This document shows positions 62,975 to 64,000 of a DNA stretch of 64,000 nucleotides, one piece after another. This DNA is from Chrysemys picta bellii (lineage: Eukaryota): assembly GCF_011386835.1 (NCBI RefSeq), contig NC_088793.1:201500001-201564000 (forward strand), written 5' to 3'. The stretch's first letter is position 1. Each line of letters starts with the position of its first letter. The notes below the pieces were generated by a model. That model was given only the letters and a program-made list of their open reading frames with translations, was not told the origin of the DNA and did no database searches. The position numbers were made by a program, and so were the translations under genes.

Positions 62975-63159
62975 CCCCCCTGGTAAGGGTAGCCTCCCCC
63001 AGGTACGGGTTGACTCCCCCTGGTAAGGGTTAGATTCCCCCTGGTAAGGGTAGTTTCCCCCAGGCACGGGTTAGTTTCCCCCTGGAAAGGGTTAGTTTCC
63101 CCCAGGTACGGGTTAGTTTCCCCCAGGAAAGGGTTAGTTTCCCCCTGAGAAGGGTAAAT
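62975..63159 (+). repeat. About 9 copies of a 20-21 bp tandem repeat CCCCC(A/T)GGTA(A/C)GGGTTAGTTT
   Basis: Units begin at 62975, 62996, 63016, 63037, 63057, 63078, 63099, 63120 and 63141. Confidence 0.93.
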
Positions 63160-63168
63160 CTTTTAGCT

Positions 63169-64000
63169 ATGGAAAAAAGTAATTTATATTTTTATACCGG
63201 ATTGGCGCTGGACCGGGTTAATAACGCCCCCGCTGTTGGCTTTGATGCCCCGGCTGACAGTGTTAAATATATTAGGGGTGTGATCAGGGTCGCTGGACCA
63301 ATGGATAAAATGGTGTGGACTATAATGAAGTCTCATGAGAATGAGAGTGAGAATCAAGTCCTCCCAGTGGAGCATGGAGAGGAGGTAGAGGAGAATGTTT
63401 GTGATGATCATGGTGAGGAGATTTTATCTATCTTACCGATGGTTTTTACAAGGGACACTTTTAATGATTTAACTATGGACAGTTTTAATCCAGATTTTAA
63501 GTATTTAAGTACATTTGATGATCCATATGTTAGGGAATCAAGTACTGATTTTAATAGGGATCGTAATAAGGATCTTAACAGTATTGGTAGTAATATAAAT
63601 ATATTAGAAAGTAGTTCATGGAAGGATGGGGTTTTTTATTTAGAGTATCCCGTTGATAGTTTTAATTGTCCAATATGTCCCCAGATATTACCAACATTTG
63701 GTAAATGGGCCAAACACATTAATGTGGTTCATAAAAGTAAAGCCATACGAGTTGTATGTAGTAAATGTGGAAAATCTTCTCAATATCATAATATAGCTTG
63801 CCACTACCCCAAGTGCATACCCAAGAAGGCGGATACCCCAATGAAGAGCCATACGTGCTCGGTCTGTGGGCTTGGTTTTCATACTAGATCTGGATTGAGC
63901 CAACACTGTAGACATAGACACCCTGCTGTGAGGAATGAGCAAAGAAAAGAAGATATGGCTGCTAAAAGTAAGATCAAAGAGGGATCGATTAGATCTCGTA
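63169..64000 (+). CDS. R2 retrotransposon protein, N-terminal 277 aa (partial, runs off the window): acidic N-terminal extension plus three zinc fingers
   Basis: Hand translation, no stop in 277 codons: MEKSNLYFY...FNCPICPQILPTFGKWAKHINVVHKSKAIRVVCSKCGKSSQYHNIACHYPKC...HTCSVCGLGFHTRSGLSQHCRHRHPAVRNEQRKEDMAAKSKIKEGSIRSR; ZFs at 63667-63732, 63757-63816 and 63856-63921; start context GCTATGG. Confidence 0.9.
   Translation, partial: MEKSNLYFYTGLALDRVNNAPAVGFDAPADSVKYIRGVIRVAGPMDKMVWTIMKSHENESENQVLPVEHGEEVEENVCDDHGEEILSILPMVFTRDTFNDLTMDSFNPDFKYLSTFDDPYVRESSTDFNRDRNKDLNSIGSNINILESSSWKDGVFYLEYPVDSFNCPICPQILPTFGKWAKHINVVHKSKAIRVVCSKCGKSSQYHNIACHYPKCIPKKADTPMKSHTCSVCGLGFHTRSGLSQHCRHRHPAVRNEQRKEDMAAKSKIKEGSIRSR

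Larger units (their letters stand above)
62604..64000 (+). mobile_element. R2 non-LTR retrotransposon (R2-A clade), 5' portion, inserted outside rDNA
   Basis: 28S-target-like junction, HDV-like ribozyme, open ORF with CCHH-CCHC-CCHH zinc fingers and R2-typical motifs IACHYPKC and GLSQHCRHRHPAVRNEQR. Confidence 0.9.

Noticed and set aside
62975-63159. Repeat array as CRISPR or telomeric repeat
   Set aside because: No unique spacers, eukaryotic context, and the unit is 20-21 bp rather than TTAGGG.
63169-64000. Host C2H2/KRAB zinc-finger gene, or Utopia/NeSL element
   Set aside because: No TGEKP linkers; the CCHH-CCHC-CCHH order, the RHRHP-VRN motif and a ribozyme P1 complementary to 28S fit R2. 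Final proof needs the RT domain beyond the window.

Overview
Repeat-rich vertebrate genomic DNA, most likely from a turtle (Testudines). The evidence is tortoise-type tRNA-derived Pol III/SINEs with CR1 tails, turtle-type CR1 3' ends, a Penelope/Neptune element, L2 and MIR relics, and many Harbinger, hAT and Tigger MITEs. I could not identify a host protein-coding gene; nearly all ORFs in the supplied track are spurious or TE-derived. The main result is at the right edge (about 62.6-64.0 kb): the 5' part of an apparently intact R2-A-clade non-LTR retrotransposon. Its ORF (63169 to beyond 64000) has three N-terminal zinc fingers and is missing from the track because it has no stop codon in the window. 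R2 normally inserts only into 28S rDNA, but this copy sits inside a hAT MITE, which lies in an LTR fragment, which lies in a MIR. The junction matches the canonical 28S R2 target at 18 of 23 positions. The 5' UTR carries a complete-looking HDV-like self-cleaving ribozyme whose P1 3' strand (GAGAGTC) is complementary to 28S GACTCTC and can pair with GGCTCTC at the junction. A 9-copy 20-21 bp tandem array lies between the ribozyme and the ORF. Other notable items: a near-perfect fold-back palindrome with 113-bp arms (15646-15912), two decayed Penelope hammerhead ribozymes, and an unidentified 391-codon stop-poor reading frame at 7.06-8.23 kb.
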